A stretch of DNA of 46,387 nucleotides, filler included, from Dirinaria sp. TL-2023a (taxonomy: Eukaryota): assembly GCA_051941275.1 (NCBI GenBank). It is 2 parts of 2 records of this genome, joined end to end, with 100 filler letters (N's around TTAATTAATTAA, not from the genome) between each part and the next. Parts side by side here need not be neighbours in the genome. Positions count along the whole stretch, not along the records: positions 23,290 to 46,387 come from JAVEBF010000210.1; 1 more part is not named here. One strand, given 5' to 3'. Both the position numbers and the translations under genes were made by a program. Each line of letters opens with the position of its first letter. Within the stretch, counting starts at the first letter, position 1. Below the pieces are notes generated by a model. The model had not been told where the DNA came from and searched no databases. It was given only the letters and a program-made list of their open reading frames with translations. This document shows positions 23,290 through 37,749 of the stretch, piece after piece.

Positions 23290-24078
23290 AAAAAAAAAAA
23301 AAAAAAAAAAGATATCAAGAAATCTCATAGCAAAGAGAAACTTTCCCCTATCGCACAAATTTTTTTCAACGAAAAATATTCTACACTCTATATCTCAAGA
23401 GAAACTCGTGGTTTTATTCCATTCGTAACTCGCATCGTATACCTGGTACCCGGTACAAACCTTCCTCCCCGCCACCACAGCATAAAATTCCCATGAAAAA
23501 GCCATATTCATACCTCCAGAAACCCCGAGTGCGAATACTTCAAAGCACAGCACCACAATATCAATTCCTCCTTCCTCCTTCTATACCTTACCACCTCGTG
23601 CCAGCACCATACATCTCTACTTTATCCTAGATCACAACTCAAACTTGCATTCCATAAATATCTCATATCCCAGCTCTTAGCTCTTAGCTCTTCCATTCTC
23701 AATCCAAGTATCCGCGCCCCTCTCTCACATACCTCCCTCCCTAAAATAAAAACTCAACCCTGTCCACATAATCTTACATAATACCAAAACCAAAACCTTC
23801 CTCCGCGCCCTCAATTATCTCGAAGCATAGTGAAAGACTACATACCCCCCTTTTTCCACGAATCCACGAAACGACGACGACGGTATTAAAACCCATTTGT
23901 TCTAAAAATAGCAGATATTACACACATTTTCCCCCCCTTACTGTTTCCATGGTAAGGTAGTGATCCAACATGACACTGCACCAACCTAAAACAACCCTAA
24001 TCATATTTCCAAGGTAATCTTTAAGGTACGATCATTCATAATTCACGAATTCAAATCAATAATACTCCAGGTATCCCC

Positions 24079-24125
24079 TCCTCATCCTCATCCTCATTCT
24101 CATCCTCATTCTCATCCTCATTCTC
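24079..24125 (+). repeat. Hexamer microsatellite (TCCTCA/TTCTCA)n
   Basis: About 8 consecutive units seen directly. Confidence 0.85.
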
Positions 24126-24547
24126 CCTTTTCTCACCGAGAGCCTTGTCAATATACTTTACTTTACATACGCACCCACACACGTTGCGAGAGCTATGGGT
24201 TGGTTGTATATCAATCACACACGAAATCAAAACCACCCGAACGAACCCCCGTTCTTTAAGATACACAGTAGCATATTGTGAACGCAAGCAAGGAAAAGAG
24301 GGGTCGAAAAATAACGACTTTCGCTACTTAGTTAGTTAGCTAGCTCATGATAGACTACTACTATGTACCTAAATGATTATGAAGTCAAAGCTCGCGCACC
24401 AAAAAAAAAAAAAATTCCTAAAGTATCTAGGGCTGTAAAGAAGGCTAAGCTAAGCTAGGCTGATTCAAATGGAGGAGGAAATCTGCTCTTTGAAAAAGAA
24501 CACGCCGCCCCCGGCTCCAAGCGTAAAAGGCACATGCAGAGGGAGCA

Positions 24548-24603
24548 AGAGAGAGAGAGAGAGAGAGAGATACACGTAGGTAGCTAGCTAGCTAGCTAGC
24601 TAG
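24548..24603 (+). repeat. (GA)n and (TAGC)n microsatellites
   Basis: GA run at 24548-24570 and TAGC run at about 24581-24603. Confidence 0.9.
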
Positions 24604-24699
24604 TTGGCTACTCTGTATAAATGATGTTTCCCTTTTCTGAAAGCTTTCCTTAGCGACCCTGGCTTTGCTGATATGCTAGTCGTAGAGCCTGAGGGGGTT

Positions 24700-27540
<2,841 letters not shown>

Positions 27541-28118
27541 CTCTGACGACCAAGAAGCGGCCTTGTATGACCCTCTGGATCTGTCAAGTTTTATTGTCTG
27601 GTTAGCCACTGATGCAGTACGCGGTAAGGCTTTGGTAAGAAGCCAAACCGGTCTATATCCCCCACTACGATCTAAGAGCGCAGCGTATAGTCCGCTGACA
27701 TCGCCTGACTCTGCGCCGATAGCTTGAGACGGATAGATGAGGAGTCTGTATGGTGCTTTGACAGACGAGATGTGGGGGTTGGAGTAGGTAAGGTCGGGAT
27801 TGGGATTGGAATTGGGAAAGTATCACGATATTATTCATGGAAGATATGGAAGGTTCAGTACTACTTTAGGCTTGGCATGATGTCTTGGCACGAGTCATTG
27901 GTGGCACAGAAAATTATAAATTGTACGGTATCGATCTGGGTCTTTGTTCTGCAACATCGCCAGATTTGGACGGAGTAGCGGGCTGGAAGCAACCACAATC
28001 GCTCCCTCGGGCTTCAAATCGTCTACGTTCCATCCGTGTGCCTATTGAGAAGAGCACCATTCTCCACGTCTGCCACAGACCGGGTCCTCGCAAATCGGAC
28101 ATCGATCTTAATTAAAAC

Positions 28119-28466
28119 ATGGGTGGTAATCGAGAGGGTCAGTCATTTCATTCCCCACTGAGCTCGAGTATTTGCAACGTTATACTAAGACCAGAATCTT
28201 GACGCAGGCGGCAAAGCCAAGCCGTTGAAGGCTCCTAAGAAAGAGAAGAAAGAAATGGACGAGGATGATCTCGCCTACAAGGCGAAACTCAAGGCCGGTA
28301 TGAAGTACCCCGAGCAGCCACGAACGGCCATGGTCACGCTATCAACCCTACAACGGCTGACCCGACCGCAGATGCCAAGGCGAACAAAGAGATGGCTGAG
28401 AAGGCCAAAGGCAAAGGTCCCATGAACGGAGGTCAGCAAGGGATCAAGAAATCCGGCAAGAAATAG
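28119..28466 (+). CDS. TMA7: Translation machinery-associated protein 7
   Basis: Three exons: [67 protein letters not shown]. Confidence 0.93.
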
Positions 28467-28811
28467 GCTCCTCCTGTACAGAAGTCTAGCAAGGACCGAG
28501 ATCATGAGCAAATGCATGAGACGGAGTTCGGTGAGAGCCATCTGGTCTACTGAGAGTAATACTATGTTATTCTAGAAGATCCGTTTCCCATGCCATGCCG
28601 ACCGCCATACCATGTCAGTGCCATCGTATAAATCTGATTATCCACACTTCTGGTGCGTGGCCATTAAAAGCAATCAAGGCGTGAAAAATCGCTCAACCGC
28701 ACAAAGAAGTCGTCCATATTAAGTGCAAAGTTCTATCGTCAACAGCGCAGAGGTATACCACTTTCATACATAATAATACAGTCCAATGTGAATTGTTCGG
28801 AACTCCGTTCT

Positions 28812-30712
28812 CTACGAGGTTACTCTCCGGACCCATAGATGTGTCGGCTCGTAAGCGGTGCTATCGTCATGTCGTTTCCAGGCGCGGTGGAGTTTGAGTC
28901 CTGTCTCATGCTCTTCTTTTACAACCTCGGCTAATTCCTTTTCAAAGCCAGCCACGGTCTTCTTGATTTCCTGCCGAGATGCCATGTCATAGGCAATCGA
29001 GCTTGGTTGTACAACGTTCGTGAGCTCGTAGATTACCGTCTGCAGATTTCCCCTACGTCGACGCAAAGCGTCAAGCTTCGCTTGCAGGGTTTCCATCCGC
29101 GAGACAGCTTTCTCTTCCGGCGGCTCTTTCGGAAGAGTCTTGGAGAACCGTGGGTTTTCCTGCTCGCTCTTCGTCATCGAGCTGAGTTGCGAAGGTGTCG
29201 GCTTGCGAGCAGCTACTTTCGAGCTAAGAATACCAGCGGGTGGAACTGGCCTCTTGCGATCTAATATCGAAGAGACTGGTGAAGCCTCGGGCATATCATG
29301 AGTCATTTCAGGTGTCGCGGGAGGGCTGTCATAAACAGTGGTTGCGTACGTTGTAGCACTAAAGCGGCTTCTGGGCTGGTTTTCGGCGTCAAGGGCCTGA
29401 AAGTTGGTCATCGGAGCTTTATATGGCGTAGCTGTATCTTCACTCTCTCGTCTGATCGGCGGTGCAAAGCTCGGAGGGTTTGCAGGGCGCTTTGTTTCCA
29501 CCTCATCATTACTTGGATTGCGTGCAAGTGGAGAACGTGTGTCGTCTGGCGTTAATCTTGAAAGCGGTGAGTCCGCAGGAGGAGTCGGCTGCTGTGGTGC
29601 TCGCACTGTAGTGGCTTTGGGCAAGTCCTTTTCAGTCATATAATGGTGATCTATGTCATTTCTCGGTCGATCAGTCTTCAATGGAGCAGAGACTTGCCTG
29701 CGTTCAGGCCTTGTAAGGGGATCGATGTTATCCGCTGGCCTTGGAAGGTCCTTGTTCGCTCTTTGATCCTGGCTTGCGGCGCGTTGATGACTCCCAGCAG
29801 GGTACGAAGGCGATTTGCCTGGAGGGAGAGGCTTGTCGAGCATTGGGTTGACGATTGGATGCCGTCCACCCGCTCCTTTCCACCCAACAGGTACCCAGGG
29901 CCCCTTGCTGGAGACTCGAGGGGTGGGGCCACTGATCTCTACAGAATTTCCTAAAGACTGCTTACGTCTACCGTACTTCAATTCCACGTCCCGCCGCACC
30001 GCATCAGGACTAGTCGAAGCGGGTTTCCCCTTTTCACCAATGGTTCGCTCACCCGAGAAATCGTCCCAACGAGTCACCACGGTTGAAGCCGAGTCTCGGT
30101 CAGGCGATGCGAGAGCTGGAGGGCGAACTTTCCTTGAGAACAAGGATCCAGCGCCGCCAAACACCTGAGTTTTCTTAGAGATCGGTATTTGGCTGTTGTA
30201 TGCCCTTTGAATTGGAAGAGACTCTGCAGGCGTACTCGCTGGATCTGTGATTGGAGATACATCTGGACTGCCACTGCCGTTGCCAGGCTGACTACCGTCG
30301 TTCGCTCCTCTTGATTCTGGAGGGGAAACATCGTCCGGGTACAGCGAAGAAGATCTTGGTATCTCAAGCTTCGGCATTGGGGAGTGAGTCTCTGAAGGGT
30401 AGTCGGAATAGACCGAAGATGTTGTTGGAACGTCGGAAAAGGGTCTGTTCTGAGCCGTGGCCCCCGGTACAGTTTTGCTAGATTTCGTCAGTGCCGTTCA
30501 ATCTGATGAGATGAGCGAACATACAAGGGTAAGTCGGGCAAGCCTTTCAGGATATCTTGTGATTCCCTTCTTCCAAAGGCAGGCCGCGCACTGATGCTGA
30601 AGTCACCGCTGTTGAGATTGATGTTCCGTTCTGGCGTGCTTCCTTCTTCGGAGTATTCAGCCAACGCAGAGGTCTCGATGGGCGTGGACTGGCGGTTTGA
30701 ACGCTTCCACAT
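28812..30712 (-). CDS. Hypothetical Pro/Ser-rich disordered protein with a C-terminal coiled coil
   Basis: ATG 30712 (MWKRSNRQ); one intron at about 30524-30478 (GTATGT...CTGAC...CTAG) splices in frame into the 521-aa ORF; C-terminus HETGLKLHRAWKR...EPTHLWVRRVTS. Confidence 0.75.
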
Positions 30713-31440
30713 TCTTGTGCACAGTGCCGCTCTGGCAGTCCACAGGAAATTAGTTGGGTCGGGTTTCACTATAGGCTATGCGGCACGGTACGAGTACTCA
30801 CATGAATACGGCGTCTTTATCTGCAAGAGTGAGCCGAAGCCTGCGGCGAAGATGATCGAACACGGAAATTTGGTGTTGTGGTTAGGGGGGTTGATTTCGG
30901 AGCTCAGCTCCTCGTTGCTTACGGCGAAGCAAATAAGGGAGTGTTAGGCGTTCATTATCATGAGATAGAGAGGGGTTTCGAAGACTTGAGACTCGATTGA
31001 CTGGGACAAACAAAATGAATCCGCGTAAGTTCTAGCATTCACGCAAAGATGCATAATAATGACCCCACATGCAGGTGTGGGTTACAACAAAGGGGACAGG
31101 ATGCGGACAGTTCCAAGCTGATCTCCTTGTTCTGAAACCGCGGAAACTACCACTACCAGTATGAGCCAGTCGAGCCAGTATTATTTTCGCGTAGCGGGAT
31201 GATCGCTTACCGGATTATTTGCGGAATATGGCTGAACCTCGGGCCGACACGATAACGATCCAAATGGAAGAAGCCCCGAAGGGACCCTCGGGAGTCGGGA
31301 GAGTAAAGATACTATCTTAGTGGGAGGATACAACAAGTATTGATACTTCATCTAAACTAACTGCTCGAATCTGTCTGCTTATTCCTTTACTTCCCTGAAA
31401 TACGCTACAATACATTCAAAGAGTTTGACATTCTCGTACC

Positions 31441-32065
31441 ATGGCCAGTAGTATGCAGAAAATCGATATTTTCGACGCTTCTGTATGCTGACATCCTGCA
31501 GACCAACATCACGATGCCAGCGCACTGCCAGCAGCCCAGGCGTGAGTTGTTGTCAGATCAGCATGAAGATACTACAGCTAAATTGGCGTCTTATAGTGCT
31601 TCCATCACATCTCCAATCAATCTGATCCTTCTGTCGCTTCTCGTCATAGTGATTTACTTGCGACTTCGACCGGCAGCTCCCCAGTCGTTTCCTAAAGCCC
31701 CCCCTGCCATTGTCTTTCGCACTTTTACTCCACCGGAGCTGAAGCCGTACAATGGAGAGAAAGATATGCCAGTGTACCTAGCAGTTCGGGGGAAGGTCTT
31801 CGATGTGACATCTGGCAGGAATTTTTATGGGCCTGGAGGACCTTACGAAAATTTCGCTGGGCGCGATGCAAGCAGGGGTCTGGCTTGTGGCAGTTTTGAT
31901 GAGGATATGCTCACCAAAAACCTTGAAGGCCCCCTGGATGACTTGGGCGGTCTGGGAAGCGAGGAAATGCAGGCACTTCAAGACTGGGAAGACCGATTTT
32001 CGGAGAAGTACTTGGTTGTTGGGCGGTTGGTATCTGTTGGGGAGAAAGACACGGTGAAAGAGTAG
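31441..32065 (+). CDS. DAP1: Membrane-associated progesterone receptor family / cytochrome b5-like haem-binding protein
   Basis: Two short 5' exons splice in frame to a TM helix followed by FTPPELKPYNG, VYLAVRGKVFDVT, FYGPGGPYENFAGRDASRGLA. Confidence 0.92.
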
Positions 32066-32659
32066 ACGTAGTCCGTGCTGAAGGAGAGGAACTTTGCTAG
32101 ATTGAGTGATCAACTCAGCTCGTTGATGAAAATTACACGTCTTATCCAGTCGCTCCAGCATTCTGCGCTGCATCATCTGGAAGTCGTTGTAGCCGGCGCA
32201 CTACATGCGCTGGGCTAGATCTCGAAGCAGTTGTCGTTAGAATCGACGTATCGATTTTGATCTTTGGACTATGATCACCATTGCCATTCATACCTCTGGA
32301 ATACTAGCATTTTTCATGCTTGCCGGACTTCAATTTGATGCTTGTATGGCTTCTACTCCGTAATATGAAGCAGCACTTAAAGAGCTGCCAAGCCTGATTA
32401 CGGCAGTGTCTCGGACAACTTACTTTACCTTCAGGTACGAGTACGCATCACAGCCCTCTCAAGCAAAGCACAATTTATGCAGGCCAGCACGCTCTCTACC
32501 AATCCAATCTGAACTAGACAGACCATTTCTCTGAATCCCACAGTAATTCTTATCTTTGCCACAGATTCCGCGCGAATTATGCGCCTCGTGCGTCGTTGGC
32601 GTGTCCCTCTAAGTGAGCGATAGCTTTATTGCTGGACTACAGACTCATTACAATCATTC

Positions 32660-35320
32660 ATGGGAGAGAAGGAGGGTGGTTTCGGAGCCTACGATAGCTT
32701 GCCGATACCCACATACGAGGAAGCAATATCCCGTCCGTCTTCTTCACAGTCATTCCTCGGTGCTGCAGAAGTAAGCCACGATGCGGAAAGAGAAGGGCTC
32801 TTGCCACAAAATGGCCAACGATTTAATGGCTATCAGCCGCCTACAGTGGAGTCGGCACGATCCAGTCTTGATTTTCTGCCCTTGTCGCCCGAGATATCGC
32901 CCCGAGAAGAGGCAGAAGGGTTACGGCAAGAGATGGAGCAAATGGAGATACTCGATCCTTTAGCGGGAAGACTTCACCAGGCCTCCAGAGGAAATCGACT
33001 GTCAAAGCATATTACCAGCTTGAAACACAGTCTATCTTCCATACATCTTCCGTTCCGGCAATGGCTACCATCTTTCAGAACCATTCGTGCTCGAATACCC
33101 TCAGTGGGCCACGGGCTCAAGATCAACTGGATAATCCTTAGCCGAATTTTCGCCCTTATATTGGTTGTGACACTGATATGGTTACTGTTCGTATCTGATC
33201 TCTTCAGCATTGGCCGGCAGCAGGGCACCGGTCAGATTTTCGACCCAGAATCCGTGAAGAATTTTGTGCAAAATCACATTGATGAAACACGCATCCGTGA
33301 CTTTTTGGAACATCTGACCAGCTTTGACCACATGGCTGGTACGGAAGGGAATTTTGTTTTGGCGCGGTGGATGGAAGATCTCTTCAATGCGGCTAGTCTA
33401 GAGAACGTAGGTCTGGAACGCTTCGATGTCTACCTCAATTATCCGACCCAGAAAGGACGACGTGTGGCGCTCGTCGAACCTCCAAGCCTAGCATGGACAG
33501 CAACATTGGACGAAGACCTAGTATATCATGATCGGGAGCAAACACGTGTCTTCCACGGGCTCTCAAAATCAGGGAATGTCACTGGTCGGTTAGTTTACGC
33601 CAATTATGGTTCGAGAGAAGATTTTGAGGAACTTGCCGAAAATGGTGTCGATGTCACGGGTTCAATAGTGCTAGTCCGATACTATGGAAGTCAAGGTGAC
33701 CGCGCGTTGAAGGTCAAGACAGCCGCGCAAGCTGGCGCCGTCGGATGCATCATCTACAGCGATCCGGCTGAAGACGGCTTCACCAAGGGCAAAACATTTC
33801 CAAACGGACGGTACATGCCTGCTGATGGTGTTCAGCGGGGCACCGTCGCCTTGACCAGTTGGGTTGCCGGTGATGTACTGAGCAGTGGTTTTCCTTCGTT
33901 ACCTGGCGAACGAAAACGAAATCACAAAGAGGATACCCCTGGATTGAACCAAATCCCATCACTGCCTTTGGCGTCTCGAGATGCGCAGAAGCTGCTTGAG
34001 GCTTTAAAGGGGCACGGCAAGAAGCTTAAAGGCTGGACTGGGGGGCTGGATCTAGAATACTGGTCAGGCGATCAAAGCTCCCCAATCGTACATCTCATGA
34101 ACGAGCAGGACGAGATTGAGCGCCAGCCTATCTACAACGTCCTAGGGAAGATCATGGGGGTAGAGCAGGCGGAGAAGTCGATCGTCGTCGGCAATCACCG
34201 CGACGCTTGGTGCTTCGGAGCTGCAGACCCGGGCAGTGGGACCGCGATTTTCCGTGAAGTCATCCGAGTGTTTGGCGAACTGCGCAAGCTGGGATGGAGG
34301 CCTCTCCGCACCATTGAATTTGCGTCTTGGGATGCCGAAGAATACAATCTGATAGGCTCGACCGAGCACGTCGAGGCCAGAATCGATGACCTGCGCCGGA
34401 ACGGATTCGCCTACCTCAATCTGGATGTCGGCGTCATTGGAAACGATTTCCGAGCCGACGGCTGTCCCGGCCTCGAGAAAGGTCTTCTCAACGCCCTCGG
34501 TCGCGTCAACGATCCTTTCAAGAACCAGACCCTCCGCTCGATATGGGAAGAGAAGAACCGTACAATAGGAGGCCTCGGCGCCGGAAGCGACTACGTCGCT
34601 TTCCAAGACATGGCCGGTGTATCGAGCATCGATATCATGTTCGACGGCGCCGCGTTCCCGTATCACAGCTGCTACGACAACTTCGACTGGATGGCCCAAT
34701 TCGGCGACCCGGGTTTCGCGTACCACAAAGCCCTGGCGCAGGTGTGGGCGCTGCTCATCCTCGAAATGGCCGACGCGCCCATCCTGCCCCTCGACCACGA
34801 GGCGTATGCCCGCCGCGCGAAAACCGACCTCGCCGACCTGCAGCGATACATCGACTCCATCCAACAACAACAACCGGCCGGAGGAGGAGGAGGAGGAGGA
34901 GGAAAAGGAAACACCGGCCCGCAGCAGAAAAAACCGGATCTCAAACCTTTGCAGCAAGCAATCGACCTCTTCGCCACCAACGCCGAGCAGTTCCACCGCT
35001 GGGACAAGGCCTGGACGGACATCGTGTACGGGCAGGGCGGCTTCGAGAGCAAAGTCATGGCCATAGAACGCGTCAACCACAACACGCGCATGGCGGATCT
35101 CGAAAGCAATCTCCTCGATCTCCGAGATGGCGGGGGATTGCCCGGTCGGGAGCAGTACAAGCATGTCCTCTTCGCGCCGGCGTTGTGGGATGGATATGAG
35201 GCGGCCGTCTTTCCAGGGGTCAGGGATGCGGTGGAACGGGGGGATTGGGAAGGCGCAGGCGCACAGGTGACCAGGGCTGCGGAGAGGATTCTGTATGCTA
35301 GTCGCAAGCTGGTGCATTGA
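32660..35320 (+). CDS. Glutamate carboxypeptidase II / transferrin-receptor-like M28B membrane protein (Tre1/Tre2/Vps70 family)
   Basis: Single exon, 886 aa. N-terminal PTYEEA motif, TM helix, PA domain (LVYANYG, GCIIYSDP), GNHRDAW, GAADPGSGT, WDAEEY, YLNLD, YHSCYD, C-terminal TfR dimerisation-like region. Confidence 0.92.
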   Translation: MGEKEGGFGAYDSLPIPTYEEAISRPSSSQSFLGAAEVSHDAEREGLLPQNGQRFNGYQPPTVESARSSLDFLPLSPEISPREEAEGLRQEMEQMEILDPLAGRLHQASRGNRLSKHITSLKHSLSSIHLPFRQWLPSFRTIRARIPSVGHGLKINWIILSRIFALILVVTLIWLLFVSDLFSIGRQQGTGQIFDPESVKNFVQNHIDETRIRDFLEHLTSFDHMAGTEGNFVLARWMEDLFNAASLENVGLERFDVYLNYPTQKGRRVALVEPPSLAWTATLDEDLVYHDREQTRVFHGLSKSGNVTGRLVYANYGSREDFEELAENGVDVTGSIVLVRYYGSQGDRALKVKTAAQAGAVGCIIYSDPAEDGFTKGKTFPNGRYMPADGVQRGTVALTSWVAGDVLSSGFPSLPGERKRNHKEDTPGLNQIPSLPLASRDAQKLLEALKGHGKKLKGWTGGLDLEYWSGDQSSPIVHLMNEQDEIERQPIYNVLGKIMGVEQAEKSIVVGNHRDAWCFGAADPGSGTAIFREVIRVFGELRKLGWRPLRTIEFASWDAEEYNLIGSTEHVEARIDDLRRNGFAYLNLDVGVIGNDFRADGCPGLEKGLLNALGRVNDPFKNQTLRSIWEEKNRTIGGLGAGSDYVAFQDMAGVSSIDIMFDGAAFPYHSCYDNFDWMAQFGDPGFAYHKALAQVWALLILEMADAPILPLDHEAYARRAKTDLADLQRYIDSIQQQQPAGGGGGGGGKGNTGPQQKKPDLKPLQQAIDLFATNAEQFHRWDKAWTDIVYGQGGFESKVMAIERVNHNTRMADLESNLLDLRDGGGLPGREQYKHVLFAPALWDGYEAAVFPGVRDAVERGDWEGAGAQVTRAAERILYASRKLVH
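34879..34903 (+). repeat. Coding (GGA)n tract (poly-Gly) preceded by (CAA)n
   Basis: QQQQPAGGGGGGGGKG within the peptidase ORF. Confidence 0.85.
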
Positions 35321-35831
35321 AATTTTTTTATTTTTATTTTTTTTTTTTTTTGATTTTAAAAAGATTTCTCTAGGTAGTTAAGCTACAGAAAAGTCTACTT
35401 AATAAGACGCCTTTTTTTGGGGATATTATTCTGCGTCCATTTCGGATTCATGATCGTGGAATCATTTCAGTGACCCCCGAATATCAATCACGCTTTGCAA
35501 ACAACCACTTAACACGGGGGTTTGAAAAAAAAAAAAAACCATGCAAGCTGTGATTCCCCATCGATCGATCGAAGTGAATCAATCAATACCTTACTTGCCT
35601 TACTACTTCTGGTGCTTGATACTAAAATGCTGAGGTATTATTATCAATTTGGGAACATGTGCCAGCGCCATCCGCAGCAGCATGCACACGACAAAAGAAA
35701 AATCACCGTTCGAGGGAATAAGCCCGCTCCATGCAGACGGATGTGTGACGTCCGTCGCCAGTGAGCTGCAACACGAATTATGCCTGAGCAGATTGGAGGC
35801 TCTGTGTTTGAGGCTGATGCGACAAAAAAAA

Positions 35832-36959
35832 TTAAGCCGCAGGCAATCTCTTCAGGTCGACTTTCCCGCCTTCAAGCCATTTCGCGTCAACTAGGCTCTC
35901 GCGCTCGGGGTAGATGAGCTTGTACGCGGTGCGGATGGTACCATCGCTGACGCCGGCAACGGTCGAGATCTCTTTCGCCGATTTGCCCGTGCCCAGCAGA
36001 TACGAGGCCATGTAGATGCAAGCCGCCGCGACGGACAAAGGCGAACGACCGGCGAGCGAACCACCGCTCTGCATCTTGGCCGCCAAGTCCTGGGACAGCG
36101 TTGTGCACCTGGAGGGAAGCTGAAGTTGACTGCAGAAGCGGATGCAGAGCTCCTTCGCATCAGTCGACGAGGTAGCGGTGTAGTTCTCGGCTTGATTTGC
36201 CCATGTTAACACGCCAGAACGTAATCGAGACTTTGCGGTCAACTTACCTCCAGGGTTGGCAACGTTGGCCATTTTCTCCTTGTTCTGCTGCGAGAAGAAT
36301 TTGTCCAACGACTTGAAGACCCTCCCAATTTCCGCCTTGGTGACTTTCGTCAGAGCGAAGATCTCACGGAAGGTCCGTGGAACCTTGCATTGGCGGCAGG
36401 CAATGAAGATGCATCCAGCGATCAGCGTGTCTTGATTCTTGCCCTTGAACGAGCCAGAGTCGTGGACCATTTTGAAGAGGTACTTGACAGTATCCGTCAC
36501 GTTCGTTTGAATGCTGATAGAGTCGCAGTATGCACCGATCTCTTTGTAAGCGGTCAGAAGACTCTTGGTAGACTTGTCGTGATTCGACTTGTTCTGGGCT
36601 CGAGCAAGCTCACGGCTTTTGATGCCGTCGCCAAATGAAACCGAAGTCTGAAGTTGGGATCCGTTCAAAAGCGGGTTTGCCCCTTCTCCAACACGAGAAG
36701 GGTCATCATTGCCTTGATCATCGTTGGAAAAGGTGCGCCACTCGGAACGAGTGTCGATGATTCTGGCACCAAGCACCAAGCCACAAGATGCGCATACCAT
36801 ATCACCCGACGAGAATTCTTCGACGAGATTCGGCGGCTTCTCTTTACAATCCGGGCAGATCATCTGCAAGTTCAAGTTCTCCTTCCACTCCTCCTGCTGT
36901 GGCTTCGGCGCCACCTCAGCCTCGACGATCTGCCCTGGCGAGACCACCTGAGCGGCCAT
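35832..36959 (-). CDS. SUA7: Transcription initiation factor IIB
   Basis: Zn ribbon CPDC...CASCGLV, IDTRSEWRTF, DPSRVG, two cyclin folds (IACRQCKVPRTFREI, GRSPLSVAAACIY, VSDGTIRTAYK); in-frame 57-nt intron 36247-36191. Confidence 0.96.
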   Translation of the reverse strand: MAAQVVSPGQIVEAEVAPKPQQEEWKENLNLQMICPDCKEKPPNLVEEFSSGDMVCASCGLVLGARIIDTRSEWRTFSNDDQGNDDPSRVGEGANPLLNGSQLQTSVSFGDGIKSRELARAQNKSNHDKSTKSLLTAYKEIGAYCDSISIQTNVTDTVKYLFKMVHDSGSFKGKNQDTLIAGCIFIACRQCKVPRTFREIFALTKVTKAEIGRVFKSLDKFFSQQNKEKMANVANPGGKLTAKSRLRSGVLTWANQAENYTATSSTDAKELCIRFCSQLQLPSRCTTLSQDLAAKMQSGGSLAGRSPLSVAAACIYMASYLLGTGKSAKEISTVAGVSDGTIRTAYKLIYPERESLVDAKWLEGGKVDLKRLPAA

Positions 36960-37749
36960 TTTGCCGAGCTTCTTCTGCTTGCCAAGGCTTTTCTTCTCCC
37001 TCTTTTTGATACCGTTGGCCGATTTGTAATGATGTTTCTGAGAGTGGACCTTGATGAACAGAGGGGAGTACAGTTTGAAACGGCCCTCAGTCGGACCTTT
37101 TAACTACGTCGGGGTTCTTTGTTGTGGACGGGTGAAGCCCGCGAAAGTGTTGGCACAGTCAATACACAATGAGATTGTGAGTGAGTGATGCGGCTTTGTG
37201 ACGTTGACTGGCGTGCAGTGTTCGCAAGGTCGAAAGAACAATGACTGTGATGGCCTGTAAGGTAGGCGGTTGGAGGGCAAAAGTCAAGCAAGGCTCGGGT
37301 AGGATCGATGGGTTAGGGACTTCTGCTGGCTGCTGTCCGATAGAACCAGTCAAGGCGTCGAAAAGCAGTGCTTGCAACCGTAGATAAGCTGACCGGCAAC
37401 TTTCCTTGGTTGTGATGACGGTTGTAAGTGTTCCAGCGAGAGAAGTGATGGATGTTGCGAAGTGAATTTGGGGGATGGAGAAGGAGAAGGAGAAGGAGAC
37501 GGAGAAGGATTGAGAGTCAGAAGAGATCAAGAGAAGCCGGTGAAGGAGATGCTGAGCCCAGCCCGGTCTGAGCCCAAACTACTTCGGGCTTAGCGCCCAA
37601 GCCCCATTCGCATCAGCCTCTCAATGACTAAGCAATCACTCCTGAAATGGAAAGCTCTAGAGTCTTGACCATCGCGAGCCTGGCTAAGGTATCCCCAAAC
37701 CTCACTAAAATGTGTCAGAGGTGATACTGAGAGCAACACAATACCAACC

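Noticed and set aside
24051..24287. Acidic ENEDENED ORF
   Set aside because: A translation of the hexamer microsatellite in a low-complexity spacer.
34142..35317. 391-aa antisense ORF and overlapping alternative-frame ORFs
   Set aside because: Shadows of the GC-rich part of the peptidase gene; no recognisable protein features.
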